Source of the DNA: a virus
Lineage: Duplodnaviria > Caudoviricetes
DNA: 32,663 nucleotides
Direction: 5' to 3' (one strand)
IMG/VR virus record: IMGVR_UViG_3300020045_004589
Coordinates: 1 to 32,663 of that record
This document shows positions 15,691 to 25,579 of the stretch, one piece after another (position 1 is the first letter of the stretch; every line of letters starts with the position of its first letter). Both the position numbers and the translations under genes were made by a program. The notes below the pieces were generated by a model. The model did not search any database, was not told where the DNA came from, and worked only from the letters and a program-made list of their open reading frames with translations.

Positions 15691-16389
15691 CTATTCAGTA
15701 CCCCATACGATGTGAGCGTCGGGGTCATGATCGCGATTATAAATCTCCCACATTTGACGAGCAATGCCTTCTTTCCACATTTGCCATTCCCAATCAAACT
15801 CAGCGGTGTACGGTCCGTCTACGATCGCTCCAGTATCAATGCAAAGCGCGAATTGCCACTTTCCGAGTACAGGGTCATTAGTTGTTATAGGTGCAGGAGG
15901 TGCAGGCATGGGGACGTTTATAAATCCCCACTGTTCACTAGGGTTATCCCTATTATGAACTTCAACCGTTATAGCCACCGCTGCTTGCAAAACATCTATT
16001 CTATCAGGGAACGGCTCATACCCTACAACAGCTTGGTCATTGTAGAAAATGTATGCCCATCCCGGTTCAGTACAATATGCAGCGATCGGGTCGCCGTCGG
16101 CTATGTTATACACAACGCTGCGAGCAATCGAGTCTTTCTTTACCGGCTTGCGGATCCACTTATACCCGGCAGAATCAATATCTTTAGTTCGGTCGTCTTG
16201 CCACGACGTATCCTGCTGGTCGATTACTTCCGGATCGTCGGCTTCTGTAGTGGTATTCGTTCCATCGTCGGCACTTTCCTCTTCGGTAGTTCCCACGGCT
16301 TCATCTTTGTCGTCATCATTTCCGCCTGATAGGTCGCAAGATAAACAAACAAACGCAAAAACCGAGATCAGTAAAAACCACTTTTTCAT
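15691..16389 (-). CDS. lipoprotein (moron-like)
   Basis: MKK + hydrophobic core + LSC lipobox, acidic linker, two NRD repeats; AGGAGG RBS. Confidence 0.85.
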   Translation of the reverse strand: MKKWFLLISVFAFVCLSCDLSGGNDDDKDEAVGTTEEESADDGTNTTTEADDPEVIDQQDTSWQDDRTKDIDSAGYKWIRKPVKKDSIARSVVYNIADGDPIAAYCTEPGWAYIFYNDQAVVGYEPFPDRIDVLQAAVAITVEVHNRDNPSEQWGFINVPMPAPPAPITTNDPVLGKWQFALCIDTGAIVDGPYTAEFDWEWQMWKEGIARQMWEIYNRDHDPDAHIVWGTE

Positions 16390-16409
16390 AGTGGCCTCCT
16401 GTTAGCTAC

Positions 16410-16438
16410 AGTATATCATATTTACGCCTTGTCATCAA
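16410..16438 (-). promoter_or_regulatory. putative internal promoter for lipoprotein
   Basis: TTGATG-17bp-TATACT with TGn extension. Confidence 0.55.
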
Positions 16439-16598
16439 TTTCAACAACTTCCCATCCGTCTTTTGGGTGGTCGCGGTTCCACACTTCAGCGGTAATCTTG
16501 GCAGCGTAGGCAAGCGTCTCGTTGTAGCGGGCGTCGCCGTCGAAAGGGTGGCGCTCAATATTGACGTTTTGAGCGTTAACTATAGTTATGTATTTCAT
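16422..16598 (-). CDS. small tail-fibre-linked protein (58 aa)
   Basis: ATGA overlap with tail-fibre stop, AAGGAG RBS; MKYITIVNAQNV...EVWNRDHPKDGW. Confidence 0.75.
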   Translation of the reverse strand: MKYITIVNAQNVNIERHPFDGDARYNETLAYAAKITAEVWNRDHPKDGWEVVEIDDKA

Positions 16599-17797
16599 GC
16601 TGTATAGCTCCTTAAATGTAGATAGTATTCTGTTACAAACGCCGGGCTGTTCGTGTCTTTGGCGGTGCGAGGGGTCGTAACCCCATCGGTAGACGGAGCC
16701 CCTACTGATATTTCCCCTACTTTACTCGCTCTACTAGTAGAGGTAGTGGAACCAGTTATATAATCCCAAGGTCCGCCGCCGCCAGAAGCGTTAACCGTAA
16801 AGTATGAAGAAGAGTGGAAATGATTTTGCCCAAAACCTCTTCTTGCCAGCCCGTTGACCATGTACCCGTTATCATCCCCGGCGCCATGTATCGCACGGCC
16901 ACGAGCGCTGAACACGCGGGCGGTCGTCGTGCTTCCCGCTATGCGGTTTGCGTAAAACTCAGCAGTAGCGGTGACGGCCCCTGAGTTGTTGCCAGCAACA
17001 AAAGCAAATGACACTGTACGACTTGATGAGTTTACGTTTGTTAGTGCATACGTTCCGGCTGCAATGTCTCCGATCGATGACGCTAGCGTGATTGTTCGCC
17101 AATTGGAATATGATCCGTATGAAGCTTCATCTTCAAGAAGCGCATTCAAGAATGCTATATGATCAGCATTATTTGTAAAAGTAAGTGTTGCGACGTTTGC
17201 TGCAATTGCCCAGTTCGTAACGCCGTAACTTGTAAGGGCTCCGGTTAATCCGTCCTTGTATGTAACTTTAAGATTTCGTAAATATGTTATAGAGGCAGCC
17301 GGCCAATTCGTTGTTGATATATCTACATAAGTATTTATGTTGGTTATACACAAATCAGGAAAATATGAGTCAGGATCTAGCGGGTCCCATTCGGCGGGGT
17401 CTCTAACATCCATTAGCGAAAACACTTCTCCTAAAAAGTGGCCGTATTCTACACTGTTTTTTATTGACGCAAGACTAGCAGTTGCCAACAAAGAAGTGGC
17501 GTCAAGAGCTTCCGCCATAGACAACGATAGATATATCGTCTCTTCGTTGCTGTTCTTAACAAGTATAGAGTATGCCCCGTCAACATACAGACGCCCTGGA
17601 GATCCGCCACAAGCGGGATATCCGATAGTCGTTCGGATGTTTGCGGCCGGTATGGTCAACGCGCTGTCCCAATACGAAGCCTTGGGACTTGTAATAGGGT
17701 TTAGGTTTTCAAGGCCTATGTATATGTAACCACCTTCAAGCGGGTTTCCGTCTGTGTCGGTAAAATATTGAAACGGAGACTTAACCTCTGTGAGCAT
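16595..17797 (-). CDS. tail fibre/tailspike with P22-type head-binding domain
   Basis: PFQYFTD.DG.PL.GG.IYIG...NP N-terminus; collar/tip-like C-terminus (RGR, NHFH, PRT). Confidence 0.82.
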   Translation of the reverse strand: MLTEVKSPFQYFTDTDGNPLEGGYIYIGLENLNPITSPKASYWDSALTIPAANIRTTIGYPACGGSPGRLYVDGAYSILVKNSNEETIYLSLSMAEALDATSLLATASLASIKNSVEYGHFLGEVFSLMDVRDPAEWDPLDPDSYFPDLCITNINTYVDISTTNWPAASITYLRNLKVTYKDGLTGALTSYGVTNWAIAANVATLTFTNNADHIAFLNALLEDEASYGSYSNWRTITLASSIGDIAAGTYALTNVNSSSRTVSFAFVAGNNSGAVTATAEFYANRIAGSTTTARVFSARGRAIHGAGDDNGYMVNGLARRGFGQNHFHSSSYFTVNASGGGGPWDYITGSTTSTSRASKVGEISVGAPSTDGVTTPRTAKDTNSPAFVTEYYLHLRSYTA

Positions 17798-19771
17798 TTA
17801 TTTGCTCTCCTTTTGCGTTGCTGATTTCTGAGCTCTACTTGCCTCTAGCACGCGACGGATTAAAGCTGCCTCTTGTTCACTTCCTGCTTTTGATTGAGAT
17901 ATCTTAATCAATAAATCACGAACAGGTTTCGACTCATATAAATTAGCCAATCCACCGGCTAACGCCATACCAGCCGTGGCACCTATGAATCTTTCCATTG
18001 TACTTCCTGGAACTAGAGTAGCAAGAGCTGCATAAGATGCTGGTATCACAACGCGAGCCCCTGTTGCGGGATTGGCTGCGGCTTCTACAGCCCTATTAGT
18101 ATTTTCTAATACTTTTACTAATCCATCAACTTTTTCTTTATCTTGGTCATTAAAAAACACTCCAACTTGAGCACCTAGCTTTTTGTATTCTTTTGCAAAT
18201 GCATCAGGTACTATTTCACCTTTTTTAGCAGATGCTGCCTTTGCAATAATTGCGGACTTGACATGATCCCTTCCGTTTTCTGACAAATTTCTATACAAGG
18301 CTCTTGCATCAGATTCTTTACTGCTAAACAAAATTGTATTTATCATTTCAGGAGTTGCCTCTCCTTTTTTTATGGCAGACTTCAACGCGGGAAGTTTCAT
18401 CTCGTTCATCATGTTTGATAATTGCTTGTTTGCTACTTGCCATTTATTAAGGTCAGCTTGACCGCCAGCCTTTGCGATGTATGACGTCATGTCGTCTTTT
18501 ACTGATCCGTATACATTGGAAAGCACCTTCTCTCCGGTAGACCTAACCGCCGCGAGTTCCGGAGCTTTGAATACTTCGCCTATTTGTTTCCGCAGTGTTT
18601 CAACGTTTTTAAGGTCTTGACCTTGTATAGCTTGTTTCCAGTCTTCAAGTACACCAATAACGGGCGCAACTTGATCTGTTTTAAGGCTTTTTAGCGATGC
18701 AATAGATTGATCAATTTTTTCTACTGTTTTAGGCATAGGAACGAGGGTGGGTACATTACCGCCTTTTTCACCAAGCACTGGGCCCGCCTTGCTTAGTTTT
18801 TCTATTACTTCGTTTTTTGCCTGGCTCCACTTGTTAAGGTCTGCGGATCGCTTTCCAAGAAGATCGGCCATAACATCGTCAGAAGCAGACGCCAAATCTT
18901 CCGCTCCGTACTGGCGGACAACGTCTCGCACGGCTTCAACACGCTCACCTTTCTGCCCTTTTCTCATTCCTCCAGTTCCGAAAAATGGAATGTCTTCTCC
19001 AAACGATTGTATTTTTTTTAACGCTCCAGCTTGCGGAGGAAACACATCAGATGTCTTTATTCTTACTTTTGCTTTTTCACCAGCGGTTACTAAATCATTT
19101 CGCACTGGAGACGGAGACACAGAAGAACCAAGTAAACTACCGGCCATGCCCGCCCCAAGCTGAACAAGCGGGTCAGCCCCCGCCTCTGCTGCTCCTTGGC
19201 TTGCGATTCCGGCCCCTATTCCGCCAGCAACTTGTTGCACTGGTTGAGCACCTACAACTTGCGCCGCTTTCTGCGCTACAGTCGGAGCCAACCCAGCTCC
19301 AGCGGACGCAGCCTGTCCAGCTCCAGCCGTAAGCGCCGCCCCGGTCAATCCAGCCGTCCCCGCCTCGACAATGCGCTGTGCGGCAGTCTCGGATTCAGGC
19401 ACACCGAGTTTGTCTAGTAAAAGCTTCATTCCCTGCGCGGCGGGAAGCCCCTGGTATTCTTTCGGTAAAACCGTATTGAGAAGTGCAACGATAGGATCCG
19501 TTACAACTCCAACCGTACCAGCCACTCCTCCAGCCGCGCCACGGACCAGCGAAGACGCGCCTTGCGATAGACCTTTAGCAGCTCCTTCTATTACTTCGTT
19601 TCTAGGCTTAGGCACTTCTTCTTGAGCTTTCCCTGCTTGTAGTGTCGCATACTTTTGGCCAGCGTTTCGAAGATGCGCAACTTTATCTTTTAGCCTTTGA
19701 TCGTTTTCGGGTATATCATCCGGTATTCCGTCAATGACAATCCCGTCTTTTGTCTTTATGGAGTACGACAT
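17798..19771 (-). CDS. DNA ejection/injection protein (P22 gp16-like position)
   Basis: 657 aa, Ala/Gly-rich segments plus helical body; synteny. Confidence 0.7.
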   Translation of the reverse strand: MSYSIKTKDGIVIDGIPDDIPENDQRLKDKVAHLRNAGQKYATLQAGKAQEEVPKPRNEVIEGAAKGLSQGASSLVRGAAGGVAGTVGVVTDPIVALLNTVLPKEYQGLPAAQGMKLLLDKLGVPESETAAQRIVEAGTAGLTGAALTAGAGQAASAGAGLAPTVAQKAAQVVGAQPVQQVAGGIGAGIASQGAAEAGADPLVQLGAGMAGSLLGSSVSPSPVRNDLVTAGEKAKVRIKTSDVFPPQAGALKKIQSFGEDIPFFGTGGMRKGQKGERVEAVRDVVRQYGAEDLASASDDVMADLLGKRSADLNKWSQAKNEVIEKLSKAGPVLGEKGGNVPTLVPMPKTVEKIDQSIASLKSLKTDQVAPVIGVLEDWKQAIQGQDLKNVETLRKQIGEVFKAPELAAVRSTGEKVLSNVYGSVKDDMTSYIAKAGGQADLNKWQVANKQLSNMMNEMKLPALKSAIKKGEATPEMINTILFSSKESDARALYRNLSENGRDHVKSAIIAKAASAKKGEIVPDAFAKEYKKLGAQVGVFFNDQDKEKVDGLVKVLENTNRAVEAAANPATGARVVIPASYAALATLVPGSTMERFIGATAGMALAGGLANLYESKPVRDLLIKISQSKAGSEQEAALIRRVLEASRAQKSATQKESK

Positions 19772-21141
19772 TAATAGTCAACCTCCCTTGTCGGGTATTT
19801 TTGCTTTTCAATGTTTGATAATTCAAAACCTGGATTGTTTTTAGGCGCCGTTGGCCTTTTTATTTCCGGGGCGTTTGCAATAGTCCCAAAAACATTGGTC
19901 GGTGACAATCCATAGCTTTCTACAACGTTAGTCAAGTCTTTTCTGACTTTGCCTTCATACCCTTGCGAAGCCTCCATGTATTTCCCGGCAAGACTTGCAA
20001 AGTCTTTCCGCTGTTGCGGTGTCAAAAATTGACCATTTTTTACTTTGCTTGAAAGCGATACAAGACTACCGTATAGCCCGGACGTGTCTCTTGCGGTAGC
20101 GAACTCTGACTCACGGACCACAGATCCAGGGTCAAGCATTTTCATGAACCCGGTTACGAGCGCTACGTCTCCCGCACCGCTTTCGTCCGAGGCCGACGCC
20201 TGAATGTTTGCGTATGTCTGGCGCATCTCGTTATAGTTCGATACTCGCTTGGTGTACTCTCCGCGTATCTTTTCCTCTTGTTCAAACTTTTTTTCCGGCG
20301 GTATTCCGCCAGTGTTTTTCAAAGCGTCAAGCTCCATCAATAACTTTGCAGTTTCCGCGTCAAGCTTTTTAGCCCTTGCAACGGCTTCTTTCGTTTGCTC
20401 TTCCGTAAGTCCCATATCAGTAGCCGTCTTTTTAAGGTCTAGTACTTTTGCCTTTTCGGCGTACTTAGCTTCTATTGCTGACTTTTCAGCTTCGGATGAG
20501 GCTTTAGACAATTCTGCCTTTTTCTGTTGTACAAGTATGGGGTGCTCTTTTTCTTTTCGACGCTCGTCGTTGTATTTTGAAGAAGCATCTAACGCGTCTT
20601 TCCCACCAGGAAGCGCTATTATGGTTAAACCGATAAGGTTTTCAATGGCCTTTGCGCCTTCTTCTCCCGATTCAGCTAATTTGGCGTATTCTTCAAATGT
20701 CTTTGCCCCTTCTGCATTGCCTACTTCTTTTTCAGCTTCGGCGTGTTTTCTGAGCAATGATATCCCCATTTCAGGTAGACCTGAATTAAAAGAATTGAAC
20801 ACGGACATTGAATCTATCAAATCTGCCCGGTTTTCTTCTTCGGTTCTGTTTTTTGCAATATTTAACAGCGTCTCTGCTTGGTCCTTGGGCAACATCATCG
20901 CTAGATTTTCGTAATCCCGAGCTCTAGCGCTAGGGTCCCGAAGCTTGTCGTATGCCGCCATAAGTTGCTGCTGCCTTTTAGCGTCTTCCTCTGCCTGGAT
21001 ACGAGCTTGCGTTCTTGCTTGTTCCGCATCCATAGCGGCTTCCCGCTGTTTTTGAATTGTTGACCCAAGGATATACGAATCCTGAAAAGACTGAAGAGGA
21101 TTCTGCATGTTAAGCGTATAATCGTTCGGCTGCATATTCAT
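19771..21141 (-). CDS. DNA ejection protein (gp20-like position)
   Basis: coiled-coil, FMKMLDPGSVVRESEF motif typical of podovirus injection proteins. Confidence 0.72.
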   Translation of the reverse strand: MNMQPNDYTLNMQNPLQSFQDSYILGSTIQKQREAAMDAEQARTQARIQAEEDAKRQQQLMAAYDKLRDPSARARDYENLAMMLPKDQAETLLNIAKNRTEEENRADLIDSMSVFNSFNSGLPEMGISLLRKHAEAEKEVGNAEGAKTFEEYAKLAESGEEGAKAIENLIGLTIIALPGGKDALDASSKYNDERRKEKEHPILVQQKKAELSKASSEAEKSAIEAKYAEKAKVLDLKKTATDMGLTEEQTKEAVARAKKLDAETAKLLMELDALKNTGGIPPEKKFEQEEKIRGEYTKRVSNYNEMRQTYANIQASASDESGAGDVALVTGFMKMLDPGSVVRESEFATARDTSGLYGSLVSLSSKVKNGQFLTPQQRKDFASLAGKYMEASQGYEGKVRKDLTNVVESYGLSPTNVFGTIANAPEIKRPTAPKNNPGFELSNIEKQKYPTREVDY

Positions 21142-21147
21142 CCATCC

Positions 21148-22305
21148 TTAGAACTTGATATTCCAGTTTCCCCACGGCATCGCTGTACTGTTTTGTGTTT
21201 GCGATGAAGTGGAACCAAACCCGCCAAACCCTGCAAACGCACCAAGTCCAGCCATAAACGCATTTGGTATTGAAGAGTACGCGTTTCCTTGGGCTAATGC
21301 GTTACCCGATGTTATGGATCCTTTTTGGTTCAGAAGATCTATAATTGACGAAGCATCTGGATAGCCTACGCCACTACCCACACCAACCCCGGCTGATCCA
21401 AGGACAGAAGATTGACCTATTTCAGTCATTGCCCCAAGGCGTTGATATTGTTGGTTTATCAGACTAGCCAACACTGACGGCCTAAACTGAGCTATCGCAT
21501 TTTGAGTGTTTCCGCCTCGAAGTCCCCCGGTAGCCGAGGCGTTCATCAAGATAGCCTCTTCCCCTTTTGAAGTAAGAGCCGCCATTTCGGGGTTAGCTTC
21601 AATCGCCGCTATGGCTGCCTTCTGCGCCTCTTCACCAGTTTGTGCCGTTTCCGCAGCCGCAATTGCCGCGTCTCGTTTCGCGGCCGCGGCCGCTACAGCT
21701 TGATCGTAAGCTGCTTTTGAATCTGCTGTTGCATCCCCCATAGACGCGGTTTTTGTGTCTGCATTGTCTTTTACACTTAACCTTGGATCGGTGGCTGACG
21801 GAAACATTCCATTAGGATCTGTTGTTGTGGTTTGGCCGTCTCCTAAAGCCGGACCGGTATATGCTCTTTCTTTTACAGATGGATCCGTAGCATTATCCGA
21901 AACGGTCGGAGTTAAATCTGTTGCATTATCATAATCAGGACTTGTCAGTTTTTTAGAATTGGACTCTGCTTCTGCTACATCTTTTGCATATTGCGCTTGC
22001 GCGTCAGAAATTAAAAGCTCTTTTTGCCCTATTCCCATTAATGCCATTTGAGCTTTTAAGGCTTCAAGTCCAGCAGCTTTATACGGTGATAAATCAGCTT
22101 GAAGTGTATTGTATCTTGTAAGAGCTGCCGCTTGGTCGCTTTTGTACATATTCATTTGTGCGTTAAACTGGCGCTGTGCTTCGGCGGTTGCTTGCTGGTT
22201 TGCAGCGGTAGCCGCTGCCGCAGCCTTAGCCGCCGCAGAAGACTGAATATATCCGTTCAACAAACTTGCGGCAAAAGCACCGCCGGCGGCTAAAAGAGCC
22301 CACAT
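21148..22305 (-). CDS. DNA ejection protein (gp7-like)
   Basis: Ala-rich N-terminus, L.PY..AG..AL, ASATGGLRGGNTQ motif. Confidence 0.78.
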   Translation of the reverse strand: MWALLAAGGAFAASLLNGYIQSSAAAKAAAAATAANQQATAEAQRQFNAQMNMYKSDQAAALTRYNTLQADLSPYKAAGLEALKAQMALMGIGQKELLISDAQAQYAKDVAEAESNSKKLTSPDYDNATDLTPTVSDNATDPSVKERAYTGPALGDGQTTTTDPNGMFPSATDPRLSVKDNADTKTASMGDATADSKAAYDQAVAAAAAKRDAAIAAAETAQTGEEAQKAAIAAIEANPEMAALTSKGEEAILMNASATGGLRGGNTQNAIAQFRPSVLASLINQQYQRLGAMTEIGQSSVLGSAGVGVGSGVGYPDASSIIDLLNQKGSITSGNALAQGNAYSSIPNAFMAGLGAFAGFGGFGSTSSQTQNSTAMPWGNWNIKF

Positions 22306-22314
22306 ATTAACACC

Positions 22315-22953
22315 TCACACATCTATAAACCCTATGATTGTAGCATGAATATTGCTACCAGCAGCAAAGTTACCATCACCAATTATATCGATACCTTTTG
22401 TCGTGGTAAATCCGCTTCCTTTTGCTATGCTGTCTCCGACGGTAAGGCCAGCGCTATTTATGAACAAAAACGCATTTCCAACAAGTGAGGCTTTAGGAAT
22501 TGTAAGGCCCAAAACGGGCGTTCCGTTTGTATCTTGGATTTTTACAATAGTTGATGTCCCATCTGCCCATGCTGTTGCACCGTCTACTTTTATAAAAACA
22601 ACATGTATATAGGCTTTTTTTCCAGTCCCTACAAGCGCGTCTGTCAATATGTGAACTGCCGTACCAGCCGCAGATGCAGTCAAGATGCCTGTCTTTCTAA
22701 ACGGGCTTCCCGCTGGTGTGTATGTTGCACTTGTTGCACTTGTTGCACTTGTCGCGCTTGTAGCGCTTGTCGCAGTATCCGCAGTCGTTGCATGTCCTGC
22801 GTTGTCGGCGTATGCCGCAGTGTCAGCGTATGCCGCAGTGTCTACCGATGAAGAATTGACGGCGCTGAACAAGCGCTCAAACATTTTTATCATTTTTTCG
22901 TCTTTCAGAAAGGATTGTAACTGCGCTCTGGTAACCGGGATAGGTGTGCTCAT
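22315..22953 (-). CDS. tail needle/plug-position structural protein
   Basis: follows gp10-like gene; SAT/ADT repeats then beta-rich knob. Confidence 0.6.
   Translation of the reverse strand: MSTPIPVTRAQLQSFLKDEKMIKMFERLFSAVNSSSVDTAAYADTAAYADNAGHATTADTATSATSATSATSATSATYTPAGSPFRKTGILTASAAGTAVHILTDALVGTGKKAYIHVVFIKVDGATAWADGTSTIVKIQDTNGTPVLGLTIPKASLVGNAFLFINSAGLTVGDSIAKGSGFTTTKGIDIIGDGNFAAGSNIHATIIGFIDV
22723..22842. repeat. coding tandem repeats (9-nt and 18-nt units)
   Basis: TGTTGCACT x3 plus degenerate copies; GCGTATGCCGCAGTGTC x2. Confidence 0.85.
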
Positions 22954-24359
22954 ACTGCAAGCGGCTCCATTGCCGCCTCAATTCTTGCAATGACAATCAT
23001 AGATTTACCATCGCCCCTAAACCGTTGCGTTCTCCAGTTTCGCATAGGACCCTGTTGTAACCACATAAGGCGGCGCATCCTATCTCCACGTGATCCAGCA
23101 GATATGGGACGCTCCATGCTCCAGTTCATTCCGTCGGTAGAGTAGCTCGTGCTTACATATGACGCATCGCCTTGCTCAAGGCGCCCAGAAAGGCAAACAA
23201 GCTCAATAGAGTGAAATAGTATTCCCCTACCCTCGTTGTACACTATCGTTGTCCCAAACTCCCACCGATAAATATTGTCAAACTGCTTTGACGTGTCTTT
23301 GCTAAGATATCCATAATCGCTATTCGTAGAATCAAACACTATCCATTTATCGTAGCACCATACCGGGTCGACTATGCGATATTCTGCAAACCCTTCCGTT
23401 GCGCTTGTGAGTTGATACCATACAGAAGAGCTAAGCGCCTTTGAAGCTTCAAGATCATAAACAAGCGTTCTATCGGGCAAACGAATCCAAAGCGTTTCAT
23501 GCGCTTCATGCATTCTTGCAGACACCACCGCATTTGATAGTTCGGTTTCTGTGTATGTCAAAAGTATGTCTTCTATCTCTCTGGTACTTATCTTCAAAGC
23601 TATAGCGTTTGATCCAAGATATACGGCCGGTGGCTCATTTCTTCCACCACCAAGAAAAGCGACAGAGTCGTTCAATATGCAAGCACAATGAGATCCGCAC
23701 GCGCCTTTTTGTATTTGTGCGCCTTGAATCCTGGTAAACGGGAAAGTTGTTCCTCCGGTATTTTCAAATACTTCAATGGTGTGTCTGTTAATCGCGTGTA
23801 TTTCATTCCTAAGCTTTATTACCTGGACAATGGGGTCGGGGTCTATTTCAGACGATCCATACCGGAGCGGGTTTACGCTCATCGGATTACCGATATCCGT
23901 GACAACTAAATAGTCACCATCGGTCGTCATGAAGTAACCGTCTACCCATTCGACGCTAATAACGTTTCCTAGATCAGCGTCGGTTAACTGTACCAATACG
24001 TCATCGTTCCAATAAAACAAATTGTTGTTTGAAGCTATGGCAAGAAGCTCAAAAGAATACGTAAACGTTACATGTTCATCGTTGTGGTTCCCAACGTTTC
24101 CTAGCACATCAAGGCTATAGTCTGCGTTGATTCTAACAAGCGAACTTCCAAATACAGCGTAACATTTACCCCGCCAGTTTACGGCACCGCGCGGAACTCC
24201 CAAGCTAAGCCCATACCCCAACCTAACGGCACCCTCTGCGGGACGCAAATACCCGGCGCTTATTCCAGTGTTGACAGGAACCGGAACCATGTTAACAGGG
24301 TATGACGTGCGGAAGTCTGCGTTGTCTGTGTAAATCCCTGTTAAGATGGGTATCTGCAT
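22950..24359 (-). CDS. P22 gp10-like tail hub/DNA stabilization protein
   Basis: 469 aa, RTSYPVN.VP.P..GYLR, DGYF, E.DPD.I motifs; synteny. Confidence 0.88.
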   Translation of the reverse strand: MQIPILTGIYTDNADFRTSYPVNMVPVPVNTGISAGYLRPAEGAVRLGYGLSLGVPRGAVNWRGKCYAVFGSSLVRINADYSLDVLGNVGNHNDEHVTFTYSFELLAIASNNNLFYWNDDVLVQLTDADLGNVISVEWVDGYFMTTDGDYLVVTDIGNPMSVNPLRYGSSEIDPDPIVQVIKLRNEIHAINRHTIEVFENTGGTTFPFTRIQGAQIQKGACGSHCACILNDSVAFLGGGRNEPPAVYLGSNAIALKISTREIEDILLTYTETELSNAVVSARMHEAHETLWIRLPDRTLVYDLEASKALSSSVWYQLTSATEGFAEYRIVDPVWCYDKWIVFDSTNSDYGYLSKDTSKQFDNIYRWEFGTTIVYNEGRGILFHSIELVCLSGRLEQGDASYVSTSYSTDGMNWSMERPISAGSRGDRMRRLMWLQQGPMRNWRTQRFRGDGKSMIVIARIEAAMEPLAV

Positions 24360-24649
24360 TAACTACCACCTATGCCCGGCTGAATGTTAAGGGTAGTCCC
24401 CGCTGCTGATATGTATGCAATCGTGTCTTCCCCGTCTGCCTTTCCAAGCACAACAGACTCCGCGGAACGAATCGGGATATCTGCCGTTGTAGCGGTTTGC
24501 GCTCCGGTACCGATGCGTACATAGCAGATACTAGCTCCAGAATTAACAAACCGAACCGACCGAGCTACTTTATCGATAGAAGTTGAGGCCGAAACGGCGG
24601 CGGGTGTAACAACTTGGTTAGCGCCTCTCGCTGCGTAAAAAGGTATCAT
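24359..24649 (-). CDS. small virion structural protein
   Basis: 96 aa beta-rich; TAATG coupling. Confidence 0.7.
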   Translation of the reverse strand: MIPFYAARGANQVVTPAAVSASTSIDKVARSVRFVNSGASICYVRIGTGAQTATTADIPIRSAESVVLGKADGEDTIAYISAAGTTLNIQPGIGGS

Positions 24650-24658
24650 AAATCCCCC

Positions 24659-25102
24659 TTATCCTATTCGATACCATGTTGATAAAACAATGTCGTATTT
24701 CATGACAAAATATCCGTTCGCAGAAAGCGCCGTCGGAGCACCTACCACGGTCGCCCCGTTCCCGTCCATGGTGAGCGTTGCGACCGACTGAGTGCAGTTT
24801 ACCGTTACGACTTGTTTGTCGATCGCGTTTGCAAGCGCCGGTAGTTTGATAGTTCCCGCAGCGTATCCGGCCAAAGGGGTAAGAATCAAATGAATGTCTT
24901 CTGATCCGTCGGTAATTGTTGCGGTGAATCCAGAAGCGGCCGGAGCGTAGTATTGCGTCGTCGGCTTGCCATACGTAAGCGATGCCTGAATCCACGCAAG
25001 AAGGTCCGTACCAGATACTTCTCTAAAGTCGCTTTGATTCGCTTTTTCTATTACGAAAAGATCGCCGGTTGATACGGTATTGGTTATCGTCAGTTTCGGC
25101 AT
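24659..25102 (-). CDS. virion structural protein
   Basis: 147 aa beta-rich ending WYRIG. Confidence 0.7.
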   Translation of the reverse strand: MPKLTITNTVSTGDLFVIEKANQSDFREVSGTDLLAWIQASLTYGKPTTQYYAPAASGFTATITDGSEDIHLILTPLAGYAAGTIKLPALANAIDKQVVTVNCTQSVATLTMDGNGATVVGAPTALSANGYFVMKYDIVLSTWYRIG

Positions 25103-25111
25103 ACTACCACC

Positions 25112-25579
25112 TTATTCAAAAGTCGCTTCATATTCATGGCGTTCAATTATTGCGCTTTCTTGCTCAAGGAACGTATCATCCGTGTCTTTATGCCCGGCTC
25201 CCATGGGTATTCCGGTAATAACCATTTCCCTCGGAGTAGAGTCAAAGGCCATAACCGTATTGAGCGCGTGGCGCGCCGTGGCTTTTGTTTCTGCGCTCAC
25301 TACTTTTCCGTAGCTTGGGGCAATCCTGATCGCAAGGTTGGTTATGACGGCTTCCAACGCCATGTCGGGTATTCCAGCGTCTTGATCAAGCGTAGATCCC
25401 GACTGAGCAACAGGAACCGGATATGATAGCCGTATCCCGCGCCCGTTCCATTCCGCAAGCATTGAATCGAGCCGGTGTAGCGCTTCAATTTTTTGTTCGG
25501 GTAAAACGTCAAAAGTATATTCAGCGATTCCTATTTCAGAAAGCGCCGAGCTTATCAATTGACGTTTGGTGTAGCTCAT
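25112..25579 (-). CDS. P22 gp4-like head-tail adaptor
   Basis: TK.QL...AL..IG, AL.RLD.M.AEW...GI, NLA.RIAP.YG, P.GAG. Confidence 0.88.
   Translation of the reverse strand: MSYTKRQLISSALSEIGIAEYTFDVLPEQKIEALHRLDSMLAEWNGRGIRLSYPVPVAQSGSTLDQDAGIPDMALEAVITNLAIRIAPSYGKVVSAETKATARHALNTVMAFDSTPREMVITGIPMGAGHKDTDDTFLEQESAIIERHEYEATFE

Noticed and set aside
15616-16329. 237-aa plus-strand ORF antisense to the lipoprotein
   Set aside because: TTG start with no RBS, non-protein-like composition; minus-strand gene is well supported
16595-17000. Diversity-generating retroelement or invertible tail-fibre cassette
   Set aside because: No reverse transcriptase, invertase or second copy of the fibre 3' end seen in the window
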